NCBI GenBank assembly: GCA_036344135.1
Contig: JAYYUG010000097.1
Coordinates: 8,034-72,033, forward strand
DNA from: Pseudomonadota bacterium
GTDB lineage: Bacteria; Pseudomonadota; Alphaproteobacteria; MED-G09
DNA length: 64,000 nucleotides
Direction of reading: 5' to 3'
Shown in pieces: positions 30,995 to 39,762 of this stretch (positions are counted from its first letter, which is position 1; every line of letters begins with the position of its first letter). The notes beneath the pieces were generated by a model. It was not told the origin of the DNA. It worked only from the letters and a program-made list of their open reading frames with translations, and did not search any database. The position numbers and the translations under genes are program-made.

Positions 30995-31357
30995 TTAATC
31001 CGAACTAGCTCCATCTACTGTGCCTATTATATTTTCAGCTGGCAAACTAATATTTTCTATACAGGCAATATTTACACTAATTTGGTTGGGGTCTTTTCTT
31101 CTCTTGTGGTGGGTATAAATACCACAAACTTTACAAAAAAAGTGTTCGGCAATATTTTTGTTCCATTTGTAGGAACTCAGAAACTCCTCGCCTTCAAGAA
31201 GAGAAAAGTCATGTTTGTCTACAAATTTCATAATTATTGATTTCTTCATGCATAAAGAACAATTACATCTATATAGTTCATCCATTACATTTTTAGCTTT
31301 GATTTGAAAGCTTACCTTTTCACAATGACATGACCCTTTGTATAAATTCATTTTCAA
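30995..31357 (-). CDS. Gfa-like protein (glutathione-dependent formaldehyde-activating / CENP-V fold)
   Basis: Zn-Cys motifs GSCHCEKV, CNCSLC, CKVCG. Confidence 0.8.
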   Translation of the reverse strand: MKMNLYKGSCHCEKVSFQIKAKNVMDELYRCNCSLCMKKSIIMKFVDKHDFSLLEGEEFLSSYKWNKNIAEHFFCKVCGIYTHHKRRKDPNQISVNIACIENISLPAENIIGTVDGASSD

Positions 31358-31464
31358 ATCTCAATAACTCACTTTAATCTTCATGAACAAAATAAATATA
31401 CTGATTAATATTTTCTTTTGCCCAACAAAAGAAGCATAAGCTTTAATTCTTCTCATAGATTTTC

Positions 31465-32529
31465 CTAAGATTCTGATTTTATAAATTTTATTAGGATTTC
31501 AGACAACTCTTTTGCTTTAGTCCATTGATAAAAATGACCTCCACCAATATGGGGTGCACTTTTTGCATTCGGTACCATCGCCAGTACATCTCGTTCAATT
31601 CCATTGGTAACTGGGTCATCTCCAGCAAAAACACTTAAAAAAGGTTTCTCAAAGTTATTAAAAAATTCTCTTGCTTTCTTTTGGGCTTCTAAAGAAGAGT
31701 CTGGGATAATTGGCACATGGCTTGGCATAGCCCTAGGCCCCATTTTATAACTTGAATCAGGAAATGGAGCTTCGTAAACCTTAACTAATTCTGAGCTGCA
31801 TGGAGAAAATCTTTCCAAACCAATTCTTTGAAAAAAATATTGAATAGCTGTGCTTATTTTTGATCTTTTTTCCATCATTTGAGAGCTCAAAAAGCCAATT
31901 GGAAGGTCAACAGTATCCCAGCAAAATTTCTGCCAAAACATAAATTTTAAAGCAGGAGAGCTACTATCGTCCATTTTTCTTAGCTCTTTAGCCATTGATA
32001 TTGGGGTTAGTTTTAAGTCGCTATTTCTAAATTCTATTACTCTTTCAATAACCTCATCGGAAACATCAGGATTATAGGGTAAACCTGTATTTCCTATTGA
32101 GACCTTAGTAAACTTATCTGGGTGTTCAGCTATAACTCTTAAACCTATTAATCCTCCCCAATCTTGCCCGAAAAAAGATAAATCCGAAAAATTATTTTTA
32201 GTGAGCCACTGACTCATCCAATCAACTTGGCGTTGATAACTATAATCTTTTCTAGATGCTGGTTTGTCAGATTTACCATAACCTGGAAGATCAGGTGCAA
32301 TCACTCTAATTCCCGCTGAATTAAAGTATGGAATCATCCTCGCGTACAAATAACTCCATACAGGTTGTCCGTGCATACATAAAATTGATGGACCGTCTTT
32401 CGGTCCCTCATCTATATGATGAATTCTAAGATCGCTGCCATCATGTGTCTTGATAACTGTATAAATGGGTTCAAAAGGATAATCTTTTATTTTTGAAAAA
32501 CATTTATCGGGTGTCCTTAGTATATCCAT
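31465..32529 (-). CDS. Alpha/beta hydrolase with Asp nucleophile (haloalkane dehalogenase / epoxide hydrolase-like)
   Basis: HGQPVWSYLY...APDLPGYGKSDKP and nucleophile elbow GQDWGG (D-W-G). Confidence 0.7.
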   Translation of the reverse strand: MDILRTPDKCFSKIKDYPFEPIYTVIKTHDGSDLRIHHIDEGPKDGPSILCMHGQPVWSYLYARMIPYFNSAGIRVIAPDLPGYGKSDKPASRKDYSYQRQVDWMSQWLTKNNFSDLSFFGQDWGGLIGLRVIAEHPDKFTKVSIGNTGLPYNPDVSDEVIERVIEFRNSDLKLTPISMAKELRKMDDSSSPALKFMFWQKFCWDTVDLPIGFLSSQMMEKRSKISTAIQYFFQRIGLERFSPCSSELVKVYEAPFPDSSYKMGPRAMPSHVPIIPDSSLEAQKKAREFFNNFEKPFLSVFAGDDPVTNGIERDVLAMVPNAKSAPHIGGGHFYQWTKAKELSEILIKFIKSES

Positions 32530-32561
32530 ACGATTTATCTATTTTTGCATTAGACAGAAAA

Positions 32562-33035
32562 TTATTCACCATGTAGTGGAGTGAAAACCCTTCTGGAAAA
32601 CTTCCATTCTCCACCTTCTTTAATACATTCATCATCATACTGCCCGCAAGGGTGTATCTCTGTTCCATCAGGCAAGACGGCTGTCTCAATTGTGTAGCTT
32701 CTCATAGTAGCCTTATCGCCATTGATTTCTATGTGTGCGGGTTGCGCCATCATGTGCACAAAAGGATAACCTTTCATTGCTTCCACCCAGATATTTACGA
32801 TATTTTCTTTTCCTTCATTTCTGATTTCCAAATGCGGAATTTCCCAGAAAGATTCTTCTGCCCATGAACTTCCCCATCTTTCAGCGTCTCTCTGATTAAC
32901 ACCGTCACAATACCTATCAAGTAATTCCCGGATTGCTAACCTATCAGCAACTTGGTCTAAATCTGTCATTTTCGTTTGTCCTCCGTATATAATGCGATGC
33001 CTTACAATTATGAAGTAAATCTTTAACTGAAACAA
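32562..33035 (-). CDS. NTF2-like / SnoaL_4 protein (paralog of 9724..10143)
   Basis: DRLAIRELLDRY...WAEESFWEIPH; likely true start is internal ATG (MTDLDQ, near 32969) with GGAGGA RBS; the ORF-track start is a TTG. Confidence 0.6.
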   Translation of the reverse strand: MFQLKIYFIIVRHRIIYGGQTKMTDLDQVADRLAIRELLDRYCDGVNQRDAERWGSSWAEESFWEIPHLEIRNEGKENIVNIWVEAMKGYPFVHMMAQPAHIEINGDKATMRSYTIETAVLPDGTEIHPCGQYDDECIKEGGEWKFSRRVFTPLHGE

Positions 33036-33094
33036 GAAAGAAAGATGTTATTGGTGTTTAGCTCACAAATTTTCTAAACAATCATTATTATATA

Positions 33095-34015
33095 TTATCC
33101 ACTCGTGGCTTTTTTGAGGACTGCTAAGTATGAACCTTCAACACACATTTGTTCTAAATATCCATTCTTTACTAGTATGTCATGCACCTTAGGTAAGTTG
33201 TACCAAGGACAACTAGTAAATAGATGGTGCTCTAAATGGTAATTTACATTATGGGGAACCATAAAGAATTTTATTAATCTCGAAGCTTTTGTCGTCCTGG
33301 TATTATCAAGATCAGATAGACCAGGCGTTACAGCATGTTCCGCAATATTTCTTATACGTATTATCAGGCTGTAATATGTGAAAGAGGGTAACCACCAAAG
33401 TAAGAAAAACAAAGACCAGTGAAATAATGTGCTTATAATAGCCAAAATAATAAGATTAGTTATTGTGAAACCTGATATTTTTTTCCATATCTTTTCTCGT
33501 TTCGTTCCATTTTCATCACCTTTTGAGGAAAAAATTGAAATTAATGATCCTCTATAACGCCTTAAACCAGTGATTCCCAACAAGTCTCTAACAACTTTAC
33601 GAAAAAAACTGGTTTTCTTAATGGGAAATGGATCACTCAAAACCTTGTCTGGATCTTTTGATGTTTCTGTAAAACGATGATGCTTTAGGTGATAAGGTCG
33701 ATATTGCCTATTATCTTGAAATAATGGGAATGAACAAAACCATTGTGTTATGAAATCATTTATTTTGGGATTTTTAAATAAGAGATTGTGTGCACCCTCA
33801 TGAGCTAAAACTGCTAAAGCAAACTGCCTACATCCAATAATAATAATGGCCAAAATAAAAGTCAAAAAAGAAGGGAAATAAGAAAACAATGAAATAGCCG
33901 CAAAAATCTGCACCCAATTGGATAGAATTGAAAAAATGTTTATCCAATCTTTCTTTTCTTTTATTGTTCTCAGTTGTTCTGCAGTAACTAACTCGGAAGG
34001 ATTGACGCTATCCAT
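33095..34015 (-). CDS. Fatty-acid desaturase family membrane protein
   Basis: His boxes HEGAHNLLF, HLKHHRF, HNVNYHLEHHLF; multi-TM. Confidence 0.75.
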   Translation of the reverse strand: MDSVNPSELVTAEQLRTIKEKKDWINIFSILSNWVQIFAAISLFSYFPSFLTFILAIIIIGCRQFALAVLAHEGAHNLLFKNPKINDFITQWFCSFPLFQDNRQYRPYHLKHHRFTETSKDPDKVLSDPFPIKKTSFFRKVVRDLLGITGLRRYRGSLISIFSSKGDENGTKREKIWKKISGFTITNLIILAIISTLFHWSLFFLLWWLPSFTYYSLIIRIRNIAEHAVTPGLSDLDNTRTTKASRLIKFFMVPHNVNYHLEHHLFTSCPWYNLPKVHDILVKNGYLEQMCVEGSYLAVLKKATSG

Positions 34016-34027
34016 TCTAACTCCTGT

Positions 34028-34468
34028 TTAAATCCATCTTCTTACTTCCTTTATATACGAAAGATATTCTTCTCCAAAAGTCTCTTTCAATAATTCTTCT
34101 TCTTTCATCACAAATTTATTACGAATCAAAAGAAAAAATCCGCTAATTACTGCTATGTTATAGAAATTATTTAAGATTACACCTAACCCTACTAAAAAGA
34201 TTGTCATTCCGGTGTACATTGGGTTTCTAGAAAATCTAAAAATCCCTTTTTTTACTAAGAAAGATGATTCAGTAAGTGGAATTATACTTGTTTTAGCCTT
34301 TATAAATTGATTTGCTGCAATTACATTACATGTTAGCCCACTAACTATTAATACCCACCCCGTTGACATAAGAAAGATATTCTTCGGATTACTGGAAGAA
34401 AATACGTACCATATAGCTAGCATTACAATGACGCTAATCAATAAAAAATGCGGTGGATATAACTTCAA
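34028..34468 (-). CDS. ICMT/PEMT-family membrane methyltransferase
   Basis: RNPMYTG ... EEELLKETFGEEYLSYIKEVRRWI C-terminal SAM-binding signature of isoprenylcysteine carboxyl / phospholipid methyltransferases. Confidence 0.65.
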   Translation of the reverse strand: MKLYPPHFLLISVIVMLAIWYVFSSSNPKNIFLMSTGWVLIVSGLTCNVIAANQFIKAKTSIIPLTESSFLVKKGIFRFSRNPMYTGMTIFLVGLGVILNNFYNIAVISGFFLLIRNKFVMKEEELLKETFGEEYLSYIKEVRRWI

Positions 34469-34595
34469 TTTTTTTCCTATAATATAAATCTATTAAATGA
34501 TAATTGATTATTTTAAAATAAAAAATGCAAGAATGTGTAAAAAATCTTAAAATGTTTTTAGAATCGTTCCGATATGCTAAGGGATAAGAAAATAA

Positions 34596-35342
34596 ATGAA
34601 ATTTTTTTTTAAATTCTCTGTTGTAATATTATCTTTTGTTGTTTCTTTCTCATCTTACTCTTGGTCAAAATCACCAGAATCTATCATTGATGAGGTTGAA
34701 AAGCTTTATCAAGGTAATTCAAGTAGAGTAAAGATAACAATGAAGATTGTTACAGAAGATTATGAAAGATCCCTTTCTTTACAAGGCATAACTGTCGGTG
34801 ATGATCTTGCGAATTTTCGAATTCTAACACCAAAGAAAGATCGGGGTGTAGCAACTTTGATGAGATTTAAAGAAATGTGGAATTTTCTTCCAAAAATTGA
34901 TCGCGTTATTAAAGTCCCACCTTCCATGATGATGAGTTCGTGGATGGGAAGTGATTTCACAAATGATGACCTTGTAAAACAAACTCATCTTTCAGAAGAG
35001 TATGATCTTACGTTATCTGAGAAAGAAGATAGTTACATAATAACTTTAATTCCTAGGGTTTCGACAGTTACTGTTTGGGGGAAAATTCAATATCATATAT
35101 TGAAAGAGCCTTTAATACCGACAAAGCAAATATTTTATGATGAAAAAGGAGTCGCTATTCGTCAGTTGGATTTTATTGATCCTAAAATTTTTGATGGGAA
35201 ACTATTACCCTCTAAACTTGTTATGGTTCCACTAAATAAAGAAGGTCATAAAACTATCATAATCTATGATTCAATTTCTTTTGATCCCGATGATATTTCT
35301 GAAGACATGTTTACCCTCAGATATCTTAAAAGGAGATTTTAG
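34596..35342 (+). CDS. Periplasmic LolA-like (outer-membrane lipoprotein-sorting-like fold) protein, secreted
   Basis: Signal peptide; ~250-aa beta-rich protein immediately upstream of an FtsX/ABC module; assignment tentative. Confidence 0.5.
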   Translation: MKFFFKFSVVILSFVVSFSSYSWSKSPESIIDEVEKLYQGNSSRVKITMKIVTEDYERSLSLQGITVGDDLANFRILTPKKDRGVATLMRFKEMWNFLPKIDRVIKVPPSMMMSSWMGSDFTNDDLVKQTHLSEEYDLTLSEKEDSYIITLIPRVSTVTVWGKIQYHILKEPLIPTKQIFYDEKGVAIRQLDFIDPKIFDGKLLPSKLVMVPLNKEGHKTIIIYDSISFDPDDISEDMFTLRYLKRRF

Positions 35343-36562
35343 TGCTTGTAATACGCATGGCTTTTAGGAATCTTTTTCGTCAATACAGAAGAACAATACT
35401 TACCGGATTATCAATTGGCGGAGGATATATTGTCTTTGTCTTATCTGTTTCACTTGTCGAAGGAAGTTACGGTAATGTCATTGATATATTTACAAAAGAT
35501 AGTGTAGGGCATATTCAGATACATCAGAAAAGTTATCGAGAAAAGCCTAAGACATATTTGACAATAAAAAACCGTCAAGAAGTAGAAGAATTATTTCTTA
35601 AAGAATCTAAAATTATAAGTTTTACACCTAGGGTTCTTTCAATGGCGTTAGCGTATGGAAAAGATAAGTCTACTCCTGTAAAGGTTCTTGGAATTGATCC
35701 AAATCTTGAATCAGATGTAACTAGAATTAAAGAGAAAATTTTTAGTGGAGATTATTTTGACAACATTCCCAATGCTGATGGTTACTACAAAGCCATGATT
35801 GGCTCTTCTATTGCTAAGTCATTAAAAATTAATATTGGCGATGAACTAATTTTAATTGGCCAAGGAGCAGAAGGGTCAATTGCTAATGATATTTTTATCG
35901 TAAGTTCAATTGTTGGAAATGAAGATTCTTTTGATAGAATGACCGTTTACCTACCTTTAATTGCAGCACAAAGTTTTTTATCTTTATCCGATGAGGTTCA
36001 TCAATATGCTCTCTTAGTAAATACTCCGAAGAGAAATGTAGAGATTGCGGATGAATTACAAGAAACTCTTTCCAATTTAGAGGTTGCGCCCTGGCAAAGA
36101 ATTGAAACTACTTTTTATCAAACGATGCAGGCAGATAAGAAAGGAAATAATTATGTTCTTGTATTAATTGTGTTCCTTGTTTTTGTGGGGGTGTTAAATA
36201 CTATTTTAATGTCAGTGCTTGAAAGAACAAAGGAATTTGGCGTAATTCGGGCAATAGGCTGTAGACCTTCAAAATTAATACTTCTCATAAATCTTGAAAC
36301 CATGTTTCTTACTTTCTTAAGTATTTCCCTTTCTCTCGTTATAGTTATTCCTATGATCTACTGGTTTGCTAACACTGGGTTTTTACTTTCAGAACCTATT
36401 GATATGGGTGGTGTAATGTTTCAGCATATGAGGGGAGAATTTTCATTATATGTATTTTTAAAACCTTTGATAATTATCTTTATAACTTCAATGTTAGTAA
36501 GCCTTCCTCCAGGTTTTCGTGCTGCTAGAATGACACCTAAGAATGCAATGGATATTAATTAA
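35342..36562 (+). CDS. ABC transporter permease, FtsX/MacB/LolC-like (4 TM with large periplasmic loop)
   Basis: N-terminal TM after MAFRNLFRQYRRT, large periplasmic domain, three C-terminal TMs; GTG start overlapping upstream stop with AGGAGA RBS. Confidence 0.8.
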   Translation: MLVIRMAFRNLFRQYRRTILTGLSIGGGYIVFVLSVSLVEGSYGNVIDIFTKDSVGHIQIHQKSYREKPKTYLTIKNRQEVEELFLKESKIISFTPRVLSMALAYGKDKSTPVKVLGIDPNLESDVTRIKEKIFSGDYFDNIPNADGYYKAMIGSSIAKSLKINIGDELILIGQGAEGSIANDIFIVSSIVGNEDSFDRMTVYLPLIAAQSFLSLSDEVHQYALLVNTPKRNVEIADELQETLSNLEVAPWQRIETTFYQTMQADKKGNNYVLVLIVFLVFVGVLNTILMSVLERTKEFGVIRAIGCRPSKLILLINLETMFLTFLSISLSLVIVIPMIYWFANTGFLLSEPIDMGGVMFQHMRGEFSLYVFLKPLIIIFITSMLVSLPPGFRAARMTPKNAMDIN

Positions 36563-37783
36563 ATGTTAATGATTAGACAGGCTTGGAGAAATATATTTAG
36601 GAATATCCGTAGAACGGTATTGACCTGTACTTTAATTGCAAGTTCATTAGTCATTATAATTTTAGTTGATACTTTAATCAATTCAATGACCGGGTTAATG
36701 GTTAAAGGAATTACTGAAACTATAGAAGGTGAAGCCCAAATTTATCATTCGGGCTTTAGAGATCAATATGATCCAGAATTATATATAAGCGATCCCAAAT
36801 CCATTATTTCAAAATTAGATTCTGATGATGAGATAAAGACATATGCATCAAGAGTAATAGTCCCATCAATGATCGGCTCTAGCTACAACTCAGATGGAGT
36901 TGTACTCTATGGAGTTGATGCAGAAAAAGAATCAAACACCAGCAGATTGCAATCAGCAATTATTGAAGGCGATTATTTAAGTGGCTCTGATAGGGAGTTA
37001 TTACTTGGACGACTTATTGCTGAAAAATTAGAAGTAGGTATTGGAGATAGAATTGTCATAACATCTTCAGAAATAAATACTAATCAAATGATTCAAGAGT
37101 TATTTAGAGTATCAGGAATTGTCCAATTTGGTCCAAAAGAGTTAGATGAAGGTTTTGCTTTTATAAATCTTTCTACCGCACAAAGAATGTTTAATATTGG
37201 AGAAGGGGTTCATCAAATAGCTATAAGATTTAATAATCCGGAATTAGCCAATTCGCCAGATTTAGACATTTATAAAACCTTACCGTCAGATACTTTAGAG
37301 GCAAAAGGTTGGTTAGCTTTACAGCCTGGATTGGGGGCTATGCTTGAAATGACTGGCTTATCAACGCTTATAATGGGCACAATTCTTTTTATACTTGCTT
37401 CTTTAGGTGTTGTTAATTCGATATTTATGTCAATTTATGAACGAACTTATGAACTTGCGGTAAGCAAGGCAATTGGCACGCGTCCATCAGGAATTGCATC
37501 TTTGGTTTTACTTGAAGGGTTATTTCTTGCTTTAATAAGTTGTTTTTTTGGTATCATAATAACTTTTATTTTAGGGATTTTTCTTCAAGAAAGTGGATTG
37601 TCTTTAGGGGTAATGGAATTTTCAGGAGTTGCCTTTCCAGATAACATACCTGTTAAACTAACATTAGACCAATATGTTAATTTCCCTTTTTATGTTGTTT
37701 TATTAACTTTAGTAGCTGCAACTTACCCAGCAATTTTTGCCGCCCGCATTGTACCAGCGCAAGCTGTTCAAAAGGCTTTATAG
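36563..37783 (+). CDS. ABC transporter permease, FtsX/LolE-like (paralog)
   Basis: Same architecture as upstream permease; start 1 nt after its stop. Confidence 0.8.
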   Translation: MLMIRQAWRNIFRNIRRTVLTCTLIASSLVIIILVDTLINSMTGLMVKGITETIEGEAQIYHSGFRDQYDPELYISDPKSIISKLDSDDEIKTYASRVIVPSMIGSSYNSDGVVLYGVDAEKESNTSRLQSAIIEGDYLSGSDRELLLGRLIAEKLEVGIGDRIVITSSEINTNQMIQELFRVSGIVQFGPKELDEGFAFINLSTAQRMFNIGEGVHQIAIRFNNPELANSPDLDIYKTLPSDTLEAKGWLALQPGLGAMLEMTGLSTLIMGTILFILASLGVVNSIFMSIYERTYELAVSKAIGTRPSGIASLVLLEGLFLALISCFFGIIITFILGIFLQESGLSLGVMEFSGVAFPDNIPVKLTLDQYVNFPFYVVLLTLVAATYPAIFAARIVPAQAVQKAL

Positions 37784-37795
37784 GAGAAAGTACGT

Positions 37796-38497
37796 ATGTC
37801 TAGGGTTATTGAAATTGAAAATCTTACGCGCAAATATGGTAAGGGCATAGGAGAAGTTGTGGCAATAAATGAAATCTCCCTGAATATTGAGTACGGCGAA
37901 TTTACAGCAATTATTGGTCCTTCAGGTTCTGGTAAATCAACTTTACTTAATTTAATAGGGGGTTTGGATAAGTCCGATTCTGGTTGTGTCCTTCTGGCTG
38001 GAAAGGATATAGCAAAAATGTCTGGCTCGCAGATGTCAGATTTCAGAAGAGATCGTATTGGGTTTATTTTTCAGGCTTATAACCTGATTCCCGTTCTCTC
38101 AGCAGCAGAAAATATTGAATACATAATGCTTTTACAAGGTATTTCTTCGGTTAAACGTAAGGAACGAGTCCAAGAAATGCTATCTCTCGTTGGTTTGGAA
38201 GGATTAGGACATAGAAGACCATCCGAATTATCTGGGGGTCAACAGCAAAGAGTCGCTGTTGCCAGAGCAATGGCCTCCGAACCCGAAATTATCCTCGCTG
38301 ACGAACCTACTGCGAATTTGGACTCTAAAAATGGAATGGCCTTACTGGATATGATGAGACAACTAAACGAGGATCAAGGCGTAACCTTTATTTTTTCCAC
38401 ACATGATGAGATGATTATGAAACGGGCTCGCAGATTAATCCACCTTCGTGATGGTTTGGTTGCACTTGATGAAAGAAATAGTAATGCCACGCCTTAG
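37796..38497 (+). CDS. ABC transporter ATP-binding protein (LolD/MacB-type)
   Basis: Walker A GPSGSGKST, signature LSGGQQQRVAVARA, Walker B ILADEPT. Confidence 0.9.
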   Translation: MSRVIEIENLTRKYGKGIGEVVAINEISLNIEYGEFTAIIGPSGSGKSTLLNLIGGLDKSDSGCVLLAGKDIAKMSGSQMSDFRRDRIGFIFQAYNLIPVLSAAENIEYIMLLQGISSVKRKERVQEMLSLVGLEGLGHRRPSELSGGQQQRVAVARAMASEPEIILADEPTANLDSKNGMALLDMMRQLNEDQGVTFIFSTHDEMIMKRARRLIHLRDGLVALDERNSNATP

Positions 38498-39677
38498 CTT
38501 GGTATTGATAATGCTAATTTTATCATCAGAGGCTTATTGTGCTGAACTTTCTGGTTATTTAAAAACTTATGCAGTTATACAAAAAGAAAAAGACCTTGAT
38601 GTTATTGAGGTTCCCAAAATGGATCTCTTGCAGACAACGTTACGCCTAAAAATTGAATCTAAGGGTGAAAGATCAGCATGGGAAATTCACTATGAACTCA
38701 ATACAATAAATAGTTCCAGACGATTATCCTCGTACGTCTTACCGGGGTCATCTGATGAAATACTACCTGTAGAGAGAACTTATCGATACAATGACTTAAA
38801 TCGTGAAATTTCGAAAGATGATCAGTATTCTCTTCAACAGAATCTGGATCGCTTAAACATTCAGTTTCAACTCGACTCTGGAGACCTCACTTTGGGTCGT
38901 CAAGCTATATCCTTAGGAACTTCACGATTTGTAAATCCAATGGATGTATTTTTACCTTTTGATCTACGAGCATTGAACACAGAGTATAGGCCCGGTATTG
39001 ATGCCATACGATTTCAAAAGCCATTGGGAAATCTTGGAGAATTGGATGTTGGATGGGTTTTTGGAAGAGACGGAGAAAAGAAAAATTCGGCTGCTTACGC
39101 TAAGCTTTCCAGGCGTTTTCGTGGTCAGGATTTTCAAATTACCTTTGTGAATACCGATTCACTCTTACTGGTGGGCGCTGGAATCCAAGGGGCAGTTGGT
39201 AATAGTGGGTACTGGCTAGAGATTGCTAATATCTCGGGTGATGATGACTATACGAGGATTTCCATTGGTCTTGATCACGCTTTTACAGACAATATTTATT
39301 TTATGACTGAGTATCATTACAATGGTATCGGAACAACTTCACCAGAAAAATACTTTGAACAATACGAACGGGATGCCTACCAAGAACATGGGGTTTTCCT
39401 TCTAGGTGAACAATATCTCGCCAGCAGTTTGAGTGTACAAATCTCACCAGTAACTATCGCAGGTCTACAAATGCTTTATAATCTTGACGATCGTTCGGCG
39501 TTTACAGCATTAAGTATTGAACGTCATCTGACCGATGACCTGTATCTAGATCTTGGATATTACAGGTTTTTTGGTGATAAAAAATTAGTATTCTCTGAAA
39601 AAAATGGGATTGTCCCAACGTCGGAATATGGTTTAAATCCTGATATGGCATATATAAGTCTTAGATATTATTTTTAA
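38484..39677 (+). CDS. Outer-membrane beta-barrel protein (hypothetical), secreted
   Basis: ATG at 38484 overlaps the ATPase stop; signal peptide MPRLSLVLIMLILSSEAYCAE; alternating amphipathic strands; C-terminal ...RYYF aromatic terminus typical of OMP. Confidence 0.5.
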   Translation: MPRLSLVLIMLILSSEAYCAELSGYLKTYAVIQKEKDLDVIEVPKMDLLQTTLRLKIESKGERSAWEIHYELNTINSSRRLSSYVLPGSSDEILPVERTYRYNDLNREISKDDQYSLQQNLDRLNIQFQLDSGDLTLGRQAISLGTSRFVNPMDVFLPFDLRALNTEYRPGIDAIRFQKPLGNLGELDVGWVFGRDGEKKNSAAYAKLSRRFRGQDFQITFVNTDSLLLVGAGIQGAVGNSGYWLEIANISGDDDYTRISIGLDHAFTDNIYFMTEYHYNGIGTTSPEKYFEQYERDAYQEHGVFLLGEQYLASSLSVQISPVTIAGLQMLYNLDDRSAFTALSIERHLTDDLYLDLGYYRFFGDKKLVFSEKNGIVPTSEYGLNPDMAYISLRYYF

Positions 39678-39762
39678 TATTTATAAAGGAAAGTATTTAC
39701 TAAAGTTTAATTTTGTCTTTAAATCTGATACAAACTCTAAATACTTAAAGTTAGGAAGAAGA

